64,000 nucleotides of DNA, taken from positions 2,426 to 66,425 of IMG/VR virus record IMGVR_UViG_3300015360_000042; one strand, written 5' to 3'. The DNA is from a virus. The notes beneath the pieces are model-generated. The model did not search any database. It had not been told where the DNA came from and worked only from the letters and a program-made list of their open reading frames with translations. How positions within the stretch are numbered: the first letter of the stretch is position 1; each line of letters starts with the position of its first letter. Below, in pieces: positions 36,846-45,449 of this stretch. A program made the translations under genes and the position numbers.

Positions 36846-39032
36846 ATGTTAGCTAATTATAATCAAGAAGTTACACTGAAAACATTTAACAACTTTATAG
36901 CTGTTAATTACGTTGCGTCTACACTAACTGAAATTCAAAATCGTTCTAAAATTTTAGATGATTCAAAAAATTTAAAATGCTTAATCGGCTTTGAAAAAAT
37001 AGAAGTAATCGGTGTAACTTTAAAAATAAACGAGTTTGGCCCTTTGGGTGAAAATGTTTATGAAGCATCTAATAAAGATACGCGAGTAAGATTTGTTGGT
37101 TTATGGAATAATTTTTCAGACACAAACGGTGTCGGAGCTATTTCAACAAAAATAGGAAACTTTATAGAGGTCGAATTTTACGGAACAGGTTTAACGGCCT
37201 TAGTAAACTACGACGCAAATCCGTTAGATGTGCGAGTTAAGATAGATGTAGGTGTCGAAGGTGCAAACATTGTTGCCGCGAATAATTCAAGCGTAATATC
37301 TACGAGATCGTTATCTGCTAATCAACCAATGTTTTTAACAAACGGCCTATCACTTGGTTGGCATAAAGTGAGAATAAGACACAACTCAACACACAATTTT
37401 CGTGTTCACGGATTTAATATTATAAACGATAGACAAAATATTTTAGTAACAGCCGGAAAAGGTTACGTCGGTCATATATTACAAAATTTGGCTGTTGCAA
37501 CGACCACGCCTTTCAATGCTGGTGTATCTGGGACTAAAGGCGCAAGAATTGTAAAATATTTAAAAGATACAGTTGTTTCACAATCAGTTAATGAATCACC
37601 GGCCGCACCTTCGTATTTAACAAATACCAATCATGCAAACGAAGAAGAAGTGCGTCGAGTTAATTGGCGAGAGTACGGAAATAATAGAAACGACGATTTT
37701 TCGGCTGTCTCCGGTGCTGGTGGTGTAACCCGAACTTGGGTTAAGAGTGATAACTCACACGCGTTATTTGGTGCAACAATTGCGGAATATTCTTCTGTAA
37801 CTCCATCTGGTGTACGTTTTTTGGCCAATGGAAACTCACTAATGTATCATTTTGTAGGCACTGGTTTAGATATAATTAAGCACGGTGTTACTGCGACAGT
37901 CGATCCAACAGAAGTTTTTATTGATGGTTACTCAATTGGTTTTTTAAATGCGACTAACGCCAATGATCGATATGTCGTTGAAAGAATTTGCTCTGGTCTT
38001 CCCGCTGGTGTGCACACAGTTAAGTTTTTATTTAACGGTTCAGATCAAGGTGATTTTGGTTTTATAGATTTTATCTCATACCAAATATCAAAACCTGTTA
38101 TCCCATACGGTGCATTGGAATTATGTGATTACTTATTAAATGCCAATTTCATTTTAAATACTATTGCTGTCAATGGTCTAATTGGTTTGTCCGCTACATC
38201 GGAAGGTGTCATTAGAAAATTTGCGAGAAAAGAGCTTAGTTATTTTGGTTCATGGGCGTACTCTCCTGATACAGGCCAAATCGGTGGAGCACAAGTTTAT
38301 TCAACCGTGATTGGCGATTATTATGAGTTCGAATTTTATGGTACGGGATTTGTATTTCGTGGAGAAACTGCTGGCGGTTCTTGTTTGGACGCGAGAGTTA
38401 GTATTGATGGATCAACTAATTTGTCAGCATTAACATTTACCGGCTACGGAGGAATGAGTGTAGTTAATCAAGCAATAGGACAAATAGAAATTCGTGACGC
38501 AGGTGGTTTTAGAGGAGCAGGATTAGCAATAAGTGGTCTATCACTTGGTTGGCACAGAGTTAGAATAACAGGAAACGATGCAAACTTTTTTTATGCAGAC
38601 GCTTTTGATTTAATTTGTCCCATTTACTCAATTGATAAAGCAATGAAGAAGAGTGAATCATTAAAAATTAATCAAGAATTTACGCCTGTTAAAAAAGAAA
38701 TTACACCTCTACCAACGATGCAAAATGCCAAGGCGTGGGTAATTTTTGACGGCCCAACAGGTAAGATTGTAAAATCGCATAACGTAAGCGGTGTATTAAA
38801 TATCTCAACTGGCCAGTGGAAAGTATTTTTTACAAAACCTTTCAAAGATAAAGATTATGTAATGGTAACATCTGCTGGGGAAGGTGATTCGTCCATTGCA
38901 TCTGCTAACGCATACGACGGTATATTCAAAAATCCAAACTCCATTCAAATTGCTCAACATAATAGCGCGGGAACATTGATTAGTGCAGGTGCTCCTAGTT
39001 TAGTTTTTTTCGGAGAACTTTACGATGAATAA
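36846..39032 (+). CDS. Receptor-binding/fibre protein paralog 3
   Basis: Collinear with the previous gene. C-terminal 'KAWVIFDG...FFGEL'. Confidence 0.72.
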   Translation: MLANYNQEVTLKTFNNFIAVNYVASTLTEIQNRSKILDDSKNLKCLIGFEKIEVIGVTLKINEFGPLGENVYEASNKDTRVRFVGLWNNFSDTNGVGAISTKIGNFIEVEFYGTGLTALVNYDANPLDVRVKIDVGVEGANIVAANNSSVISTRSLSANQPMFLTNGLSLGWHKVRIRHNSTHNFRVHGFNIINDRQNILVTAGKGYVGHILQNLAVATTTPFNAGVSGTKGARIVKYLKDTVVSQSVNESPAAPSYLTNTNHANEEEVRRVNWREYGNNRNDDFSAVSGAGGVTRTWVKSDNSHALFGATIAEYSSVTPSGVRFLANGNSLMYHFVGTGLDIIKHGVTATVDPTEVFIDGYSIGFLNATNANDRYVVERICSGLPAGVHTVKFLFNGSDQGDFGFIDFISYQISKPVIPYGALELCDYLLNANFILNTIAVNGLIGLSATSEGVIRKFARKELSYFGSWAYSPDTGQIGGAQVYSTVIGDYYEFEFYGTGFVFRGETAGGSCLDARVSIDGSTNLSALTFTGYGGMSVVNQAIGQIEIRDAGGFRGAGLAISGLSLGWHRVRITGNDANFFYADAFDLICPIYSIDKAMKKSESLKINQEFTPVKKEITPLPTMQNAKAWVIFDGPTGKIVKSHNVSGVLNISTGQWKVFFTKPFKDKDYVMVTSAGEGDSSIASANAYDGIFKNPNSIQIAQHNSAGTLISAGAPSLVFFGELYDE

Positions 39033-39044
39033 GGAAATTAATTT

Positions 39045-39503
39045 ATGATTTACATAATCCAAAAACCAGACGCGACTTATACAACTATGGACGTTGTCGA
39101 TACATTTCCGCAGTTACCAAATGGGTACACAATTGTCGGTAGTGAGTCGGATCATCCTGAAATTGTAGCATCAATTGAATTCGGTAATTTTAAAGTTACT
39201 CAAATACTAACGGCATATAATTTAATGAATTCAGAAATTTTTACACAAATGTACAGCGTCTATAAAACAACTAGAAGTGACTCTGCAATGGCCACGCAAG
39301 AGACTTGGAAGTTAATGTTACAATACCCGGCCGAATTTGCAGTAATTGAATTAATAGACGATTTAACTAATAATTTAGATACCGAGCAAAAGATTTTAGA
39401 TTACGCGAATTTAAAACTATTACAATCAAAAGACTACGCAATTTATAGACTTAATAGAATCAAGCAATTTAGAATAGAGCGAGAACAAATTATAAACTCA
39501 TAG
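39045..39503 (+). CDS. Hypothetical protein (possible fibre assembly chaperone)
   Basis: Directly after the fibre genes, with RBS AAGGA. Confidence 0.55.
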   Translation: MIYIIQKPDATYTTMDVVDTFPQLPNGYTIVGSESDHPEIVASIEFGNFKVTQILTAYNLMNSEIFTQMYSVYKTTRSDSAMATQETWKLMLQYPAEFAVIELIDDLTNNLDTEQKILDYANLKLLQSKDYAIYRLNRIKQFRIEREQIINS

Positions 39504-39509
39504 GTAATT

Positions 39510-39590
39510 ATGGCAGTAGCTTTACCAGCAAGAATTGAATTTATTCGCATACAAACGGCGGCTAACGCTGAAAGTGTTTACGCGTCATGA
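39510..39590 (+). CDS. 26-aa small ORF (MAVALPARIEFIRIQTAANAESVYAS)
   Basis: AGGT upstream of the ATG. Its TGA overlaps the next ATG (ATGA), and it fills the gap exactly. Confidence 0.45.
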   Translation: MAVALPARIEFIRIQTAANAESVYAS

Positions 39591-40408
39591 TAGTAGCGAT
39601 ACTTAAAAACAACGAAGTGATTCAAGTAATAGAGTTTGAGACTGAAGAATCTTTGGTTGCGCTAGCGACTATCAATGAAATGATAATTGATATAACTTTT
39701 CACAATCCATTACCGACCATTGGGTGGGTGTTACAAGGAAATACACTAGTGGGAGGGTCACAAGGTTTCCCTAAAATTAATAAGTGGCTTGCAGGCAATA
39801 AACCAATTGACACACATCTTTCTCCTATTCGAGTTAACTATATAACAGGGCTTGATATTAAACTTCATCGTAAATCAATTATTGTAAAGGGTGAGTGTAG
39901 GTCAGAAGAGTTTTATGAAAACTACAACGGAGTTACTTACTCAAATTTAATTGTTAAAGAGGATCATGTCTTTCTACGAGATGCGCTCGGGTTTGCTATC
40001 AAAAGAGAAACACTTGTCACTTGGTACAACAATGATGGACAACCAAATCAACTAACAAAGCCTATCCCAAAGTTTTATAGTAGTACTGAACAAATTGAAG
40101 AAGGAAAAACAAGAAGGGCCAATTTAATTAACGGGCTTCAAATGCCTACGATTGGTCTTATCTCTATCGCTATTCTTGGATCTATAAACGCGACGATGGC
40201 AGTAATTCTTGAGGGTAGAAGATTTCTTGCTGATTACAAATTAGAGTTTGATGTTTTTATAAGTGAGTCAAACAAAGCAATGCTTGACTGCTTCATAAAT
40301 CCTAATAACCCTAGATATGTATCAGCGTCAAACTATACTTGGATAGATGCTATGACTCCTTATGGTGTCACTATTAGAAACTATCTATACAATGAAATGA
40401 ATATTTAA
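39587..40408 (+). CDS. Hypothetical protein
   Basis: 273-aa ORF. N-terminus 'MIVAILKNNEVIQVIE...PTIGW' resembles fibre-associated small domains. Confidence 0.6.
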   Translation: MIVAILKNNEVIQVIEFETEESLVALATINEMIIDITFHNPLPTIGWVLQGNTLVGGSQGFPKINKWLAGNKPIDTHLSPIRVNYITGLDIKLHRKSIIVKGECRSEEFYENYNGVTYSNLIVKEDHVFLRDALGFAIKRETLVTWYNNDGQPNQLTKPIPKFYSSTEQIEEGKTRRANLINGLQMPTIGLISIAILGSINATMAVILEGRRFLADYKLEFDVFISESNKAMLDCFINPNNPRYVSASNYTWIDAMTPYGVTIRNYLYNEMNI

Positions 40409-40419
40409 GAGGAATAATT

Positions 40420-42498
40420 ATGGCAATCTTAAAAACTATTACCGCAGACATTCAAGAAAGTGTTGTAAGCGTGTACGATCAAACCAAGACGACTATAGCT
40501 GGGTTTACCTATGCTCAAGTCATTAACGGTGTTACTGTGCTTGCTCCTCCGTTAGTTAAATGGGTGGATATTTTTATTGACTCTGGAGAGACAGTAACTT
40601 ACGCAAGTTTAACTTCCAATGGAAGATTGTTTTGTATGACAGCGCCTTCTGGTGGTCTTGCACGAATTTTGTGCTTTGATTTTAACCTCATGACGGGAGT
40701 TGCCGCTTATCGAGGTAAAATTTCTGTTTCTTTACCAAGCGTAGCGTCAACCACTCATACTGTAAGAGGGTTTAGAGCAGACGATTCAAACGTAAATGAA
40801 ATAAAAATATTTTTTGCTACTTCTGGATCAGTGACAATCAATGGTGGAACGTTTGTAGCAAATAAAATTGCCATTGCGGATTTCGCCCCTGTGGGTTTTC
40901 CTACTATCGGTTTTGCAGTAGGCAGTAACACTCGTGGTATTTATTTTTTGCAAGATCCTTTTGCTGTAGGTGCCGGACAACTTAATATTGCATCGGCCGG
41001 AATGGCCATCGATAGTGTCTCTCAAAAACTTTACATACATAACGGTAACGCAGCTACCCATCAATATTTTGTCTACGACTACTCAATTGCACCAAATTGT
41101 CCTCAATCAATAGTAACTATTTCTATTGCAGTTCCCGCAGTTGTTTCTCTTACGGCCCACGGGCTCAACAATAACGATCAAGTCGCGTTCACTACAACAG
41201 GTGCTTTGCCAACGGGTATATCAGTTGGGACAGTTTATTTTGTAAGAAACGCTACTGCTAACACTTACGAAATATCTGCCACATCGGGAGGCGGAGCGAT
41301 TACAACTACGGGCACACAATCTGGCGTTCATTCAGCATCAAGAGCATTCGGTATTTCAACTGCAAACTTTTCATTTAAAACAGGAAACTTGCCCTTATTA
41401 ACAGGTGCTCTTCTTATCAATAACTCCGAAGCTTACATGACTCCGGGCCATTCAATAAATTCAGGTTCTCCATGCTTGTTCTTTGCTACAAACAACGCAT
41501 TGTACATTGGTAAAGTATCTGATCTTACCTCTCTTTCAACATCTTGGAATTCACTGATTACTTCAAATCTTCTTGGGTCAGTAAACCAAGTGGTGGCACC
41601 AACGGCGATAAACGCTACATGGAATCATTCTTTAGATAGAGCAGTGTTTATTACATCGGTTACCAAAATGATTGCTAAGAAAATTGTCAATAATCAATAT
41701 GAAGATATCTTTGGTGTTTTGAATAATGATTACCTTGAGGGCGTCTTGCCTTCAAACGTGATCACACAATTTGGAGCGATTACTGTTACGGAGTTCGCGA
41801 GTTCAAACGGTTGGACATTTTTACTTGGTTCCTCTGTCGGTCAACGTGGATTACTTGCCCTTAACTCTGGTGCTAGTTATAGAGCGGGTACTACCTATAT
41901 TATTACTAAAGTTATTGATACCCCAAACACTCTTCAATACGCTGTAGTGGATATTTCCACACAACTTGCCGCGTTCAGTGGCTCGTCACGGATATCTTAT
42001 AGAACTTCAGGCTTTGGATCGGCGTCTGGTGGATGGATTTTACTCCCAGCTAACAACCTTTTAAGCGCAATACTTCCAGTAGCGCAAATTCAATTTAAAA
42101 TCGAGTTTAACCCAAGCGACATTAGCTGTAACAACATGCCAGCAATCATCGAAGTGTATCTTTCTCTATTGGAGTCTTTTGCCATATCCGACAATTGGTC
42201 GGCATCGGTGGCCAACTCTTCTCAACCGTCAGCTTCTCCATTCTATGCGGCCTTCAGACTAGCTAAGACATACGCCACCATTGTACCAAAAATATTTGTA
42301 ACAGTAGTGGATGACAGTGGCGCAGTCTCAAGATACGACACGGTTACAAATGCGGCGCTATTTAATTATTCAACGAATAATGGAACAACATGGAACGCTC
42401 TGGGAATAATACCAAACACAGCGCTTACAACAGAGTTGCGACTTAACATTGTGTCTCCTAGTGGCAATCCGATTACTTGTGGAATTTTGGAGTATTAA
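40420..42498 (+). CDS. Beta-rich structural protein (putative virion appendage)
   Basis: 692 aa, S/T/A/G-rich. Contains 'PAVVSLTAHGLNNNDQVAFTTTGALPTGISVGTVYFV', a beta-barrel module common in phage structural proteins. Confidence 0.65.
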   Translation: MAILKTITADIQESVVSVYDQTKTTIAGFTYAQVINGVTVLAPPLVKWVDIFIDSGETVTYASLTSNGRLFCMTAPSGGLARILCFDFNLMTGVAAYRGKISVSLPSVASTTHTVRGFRADDSNVNEIKIFFATSGSVTINGGTFVANKIAIADFAPVGFPTIGFAVGSNTRGIYFLQDPFAVGAGQLNIASAGMAIDSVSQKLYIHNGNAATHQYFVYDYSIAPNCPQSIVTISIAVPAVVSLTAHGLNNNDQVAFTTTGALPTGISVGTVYFVRNATANTYEISATSGGGAITTTGTQSGVHSASRAFGISTANFSFKTGNLPLLTGALLINNSEAYMTPGHSINSGSPCLFFATNNALYIGKVSDLTSLSTSWNSLITSNLLGSVNQVVAPTAINATWNHSLDRAVFITSVTKMIAKKIVNNQYEDIFGVLNNDYLEGVLPSNVITQFGAITVTEFASSNGWTFLLGSSVGQRGLLALNSGASYRAGTTYIITKVIDTPNTLQYAVVDISTQLAAFSGSSRISYRTSGFGSASGGWILLPANNLLSAILPVAQIQFKIEFNPSDISCNNMPAIIEVYLSLLESFAISDNWSASVANSSQPSASPFYAAFRLAKTYATIVPKIFVTVVDDSGAVSRYDTVTNAALFNYSTNNGTTWNALGIIPNTALTTELRLNIVSPSGNPITCGILEY

Positions 42499-42501
42499 TT
42501 T

Positions 42502-43146
42502 ATGCCTAACAATATTTACTTTAAAAATGTTGCATACAATAAGTCTCCGTCGGCATGTCAGCTAGACAGTACGCCGCCTACGTTTTCAGGTGTACAATCT
42601 CTTACCCCAAATGCCGATGGAACAATTACGGTTAATTGGAACACAGCTACCGATCTGTCCTCTCCAATTTACTATGAAGTTTTTATTGCGCTTGGAAGTG
42701 TACCAGCTTCAAATCTTTTTGCTCTTAACCCTACTAGAATTATTCGTGGAGCAATTACAACACGAGTTGGGTTATTGCATGATCAAGCAACGTATTTGCT
42801 AAACGGTCAAATTTATACAATAGGTGTAAGGGCCAGAGATGGCGTAGGAAATTTAAATACAAATACGTCCATATTAACAACAACAGCAATTGGTTCGGGA
42901 AATCTTGCAAGTGTGTTTCAAACTATTTCAACTTCGCTTACTGCGGCGAGTACTAATTTTGATTCGAACTTAGTCACACTAGATAGTGAGATAACAGCAC
43001 TAAGCACAAACGTAACAGATATGGAGCAAATAGTCCTTGATATCAAAAATTCAGCGTCCTCCGATATTTCTGTTATAATTGAAGATGAAGACGAAATACA
43101 AATTATAATTGAAGATGAAGACGAAATACAAGTTACAATTGAGTAA
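42502..43146 (+). CDS. Fibronectin type III-like domain protein
   Basis: 'DSTPPTFSG...ITVNWNTATD...YYEVF...YTIGVRARDGVGN' (FN3 pattern), then a coiled coil. Confidence 0.75.
   Translation: MPNNIYFKNVAYNKSPSACQLDSTPPTFSGVQSLTPNADGTITVNWNTATDLSSPIYYEVFIALGSVPASNLFALNPTRIIRGAITTRVGLLHDQATYLLNGQIYTIGVRARDGVGNLNTNTSILTTTAIGSGNLASVFQTISTSLTAASTNFDSNLVTLDSEITALSTNVTDMEQIVLDIKNSASSDISVIIEDEDEIQIIIEDEDEIQVTIE
43073..43142 (+). repeat. 30-nt tandem repeat (about 2.3 copies) encoding IIEDEDEIQI
   Basis: ttataattgaagatgaagacgaaatacaa(a/g) at 43073 and 43103, partial copy at 43133. Confidence 0.9.
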
Positions 43147-43163
43147 ATTAAAATAGGAAGTGT

Positions 43164-43739
43164 ATGACAAAAAGATTAATAATTCCAAGAGGCGCAGACA
43201 AATCATTCATAGCCGTTCTTAGAAATAGTGCGGGCGATCCTATTTCATTAGCGAATGCCGTGCTTATCCAGGTAGTTTTTGATAACGCAGACAGGACAAA
43301 ATTAACATTGAGCAATGTTGTTAAGCCTGAGACATTTGCGTCAATATTGTACGGTGGAGTACGTTTTACCGCGATTACATCCGGTATTACTGGTAACGCA
43401 ATTGTTTTAGCTTTTGATGGTGTTGCTACTATAACTGCAGTTGTCCTAGCTTGGAACACAGCGAATCCTTCAAACACGATATCGCATAATGGAGTAGGCA
43501 CTGTTGTATTGTCGCTAGGCTCAGCGCAATTAACAAACGGCTATAGTTCGTATTCACCTATCGCAATTTATGGAAATGTTATCCTTGGCAAAATACGAGT
43601 GGTCATAACTGAAACTGAGGCCAGTCTTTTAAAAGCAGGATTAAATCAATCAGCAAGATTTATTATCGACGACGGAATAAACACAGGCGGGATCAGAGCG
43701 ATTGGGTTTTTGGCCGGCCTAGTTGACGTAACTGCGTAA
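43164..43739 (+). CDS. Structural adaptor-like protein (BppU-like pattern) with inserted module
   Basis: 'IPRGADKSF...GDPISL...GKIRVVITETEASLL' pattern. The central insert resembles a module in the giant fibre. Confidence 0.55.
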   Translation: MTKRLIIPRGADKSFIAVLRNSAGDPISLANAVLIQVVFDNADRTKLTLSNVVKPETFASILYGGVRFTAITSGITGNAIVLAFDGVATITAVVLAWNTANPSNTISHNGVGTVVLSLGSAQLTNGYSSYSPIAIYGNVILGKIRVVITETEASLLKAGLNQSARFIIDDGINTGGIRAIGFLAGLVDVTA

Positions 43740-43779
43740 TAGTATCAAAATATAATTAGCGATCGTGAAAAACGTTAAC

Positions 43780-43822
43780 GGGTTTGAATAATCAAGGATG
43801 ATAACTTCAAACCTTTTCTTTT
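43780..43822 (+). terminator. Terminator-like hairpin with apical CsrA/RsmA-type motif
   Basis: GGTTTGAA...TTCAAACC followed by TTTTCTTTT. The loop region contains ATCA-AGGA-TGAT. Confidence 0.6.
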
Positions 43823-43879
43823 AATTCAATCAAAAATGTTATATTACAACACTCAACAATACTAAAATTGAGGAGTTTT

Positions 43880-44227
43880 ATGGCCAAAAAATTGAAAACA
43901 TTAGTGAGTGAAGAAACCAAACTAGAAACCGAAGTAGAAACCAAGCAAGCATGTCTCACAGAGAAGGAGCTAATCTTCTTTTACGAAATAGATAAGCGAA
44001 TACAAGAACTTCAAAATAAAAAAATCGAGCAGGCAAAAAAGATCATGTTAAAGTCGGGTCCAACCTCTGGGCACCTTAGAATTGACGGTCTAGAAAAGCC
44101 CTACGTTCGCGTAAAATTGAAAGATAACGCTAACGCCTTCTCAATGGACGAGTGTGCGTATAGAACCGCTAGATTTAGCCGATACGAGGTCGAAATAAGC
44201 GCCTTGAAAAACGAACCGAAAGACTAA
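43880..44227 (+). CDS. Hypothetical protein
   Basis: ATG 43880 preceded by GAGGAG, a better start than TTG 43868. Confidence 0.65.
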   Translation: MAKKLKTLVSEETKLETEVETKQACLTEKELIFFYEIDKRIQELQNKKIEQAKKIMLKSGPTSGHLRIDGLEKPYVRVKLKDNANAFSMDECAYRTARFSRYEVEISALKNEPKD

Positions 44228-44247
44228 TAGTTAGTGTAGTATTTTAA

Positions 44248-44276
44248 TTGACTATTGCCACCAGTTAGCTTAAAAT
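44248..44276 (+). promoter_or_regulatory. Sigma70-like promoter
   Basis: TTGACT-17 bp-TAAAAT. Confidence 0.65.
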
Positions 44277-44293
44277 CGAGTTAAGAGGTGGCA

Positions 44294-44941
44294 ATGATCT
44301 TAAATAAAGCTTATTTATATAAAGACACACTTTATGTACTAATTAAAAGTACACACTACAAGAATCATAAAAAATATTTTAGATGCATTAAAATTAAGTC
44401 GGACGGCTTGCTCGGTAAAGAATTTATCGTGCGAGCAATTAAAAACAATTTTAAAAACGTGCCAAAAGCAAAAATACAAATCTCAGTGGATCTTCCGGCA
44501 ATAGACCTCCAAAAAATACGATATAGAAATGTTATAGACTCCGCTCTGCAGTTTGTTTCGACGTATAAGAAGTGCAACAAGCGATCAATTGAGGCAAAAC
44601 GACTACAAGTGGAAATTGCAAAATTGGCCTACGGTGTGTGCTCCATATACAACACCGCTGAGGGTAGAAATTACAATCTGAGAGATTTTGCTAAGAGCAT
44701 TAAATTAAAAAGAAGCACGACTCTTTACGGTTGGGTTTACAACTATCTTCTGACGCAATTTACGAGCGTTAAATATAGTGCATTAAAGCGCGTATCAGAT
44801 ACGACTCTAGTTTCGGTAATAAACAATTATCAAAAGTTTTATTCGTCGATAATTGGATTCTCAACTAGACTTGATAGCTTAATTCAACACGATATTAATT
44901 GTTACACCAAGGAAATTTACAGCAGACAAGTGAGCAGTTAA
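44294..44941 (+). CDS. Basic hypothetical protein with possible HTH
   Basis: ATG 44294 after GAGGTG. 'NLRDFAKSIKLKRSTTLYGWV' is HTH-like. Confidence 0.55.
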   Translation: MILNKAYLYKDTLYVLIKSTHYKNHKKYFRCIKIKSDGLLGKEFIVRAIKNNFKNVPKAKIQISVDLPAIDLQKIRYRNVIDSALQFVSTYKKCNKRSIEAKRLQVEIAKLAYGVCSIYNTAEGRNYNLRDFAKSIKLKRSTTLYGWVYNYLLTQFTSVKYSALKRVSDTTLVSVINNYQKFYSSIIGFSTRLDSLIQHDINCYTKEIYSRQVSS

Positions 44942-44953
44942 TTAAGAATTGTA

Positions 44954-44983
44954 TTTACATTAAATGTAAAATGTTTTTATATT
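44954..44983 (+). promoter_or_regulatory. Sigma70-like promoter with palindrome over the -35
   Basis: TTTACA-18 bp-TATATT. Inverted repeat TTTACAT-taa-ATGTAAA at 44954-44970. Confidence 0.55.
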
Positions 44984-45023
44984 ACCGTTGGCCAATAACG
45001 GCCAATCTAACATTGGAGAGTAT

Positions 45024-45116
45024 ATGGCCAAAGCATTAAAAAAAGTTGCTAAAAAAGCATCTAAAAAAGTTTCTGCAAAGAAATCTGCTAAAAAAGCATC
45101 TAAGAAAACAACTTAG
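45024..45116 (+). CDS. 30-aa lysine/alanine-rich histone H1-like peptide
   Basis: MAKALKKVAKKASKKVSAKKSAKKASKKTT*, with RBS GGAG at 45015-45018, an upstream promoter and a downstream hairpin. Not in the ORF track. Confidence 0.8.
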   Translation: MAKALKKVAKKASKKVSAKKSAKKASKKTT

Positions 45117-45121
45117 TTTTT

Positions 45122-45140
45122 AGGGGTCTTGAAGGCCCCT
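45122..45140. terminator. GC-rich hairpin at the convergence of the two transcription blocks
   Basis: AGGGGTC-ttgaa-GGCCCCT between convergent stops. U-tract is weak. Confidence 0.55.
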
Positions 45141-45143
45141 GAT

Positions 45144-45449
45144 TTAATCATTTAAATAATTTTCAAACAACTGATCATTTAGATATTCATAAATCCATAG
45201 ATAAGAATTTGAATGCGTCATTTTTAACTCTAAGATTGAATTTTTTGAATCAATGAACGTCGATAGTATTTCGTGCGTGCCAATATCAGTAATTACAATA
45301 TTATAATCATTAAAAAATATCTCTGCATTCTCGCTGACATTAAAGATTTCAGCAAACCTCTTTAATTTATCGCCCTCAAGCCTTTTAACACTCTTCACTT
45401 CTGAGTTGATGGTGTCTTTAAGAATATTTAAAATGTCTTTAAAATGCAT
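45144..45449 (-). CDS. Hypothetical protein
   Basis: 101-aa ORF abutting the upstream gene. Confidence 0.55.
   Translation of the reverse strand: MHFKDILNILKDTINSEVKSVKRLEGDKLKRFAEIFNVSENAEIFFNDYNIVITDIGTHEILSTFIDSKNSILELKMTHSNSYLWIYEYLNDQLFENYLND

Noticed and set aside
31919-39032. Diversity-generating retroelement acting on the fibre paralogs
   Set aside because: No reverse transcriptase is in the window, and I saw no near-identical TR/VR pair with adenine-specific differences. The paralogs differ at all base types.
26984-43739. Invertase-type fibre switching (shufflon)
   Set aside because: All modules are on the same strand, and I saw no recombinase gene or inverted crossover sites.
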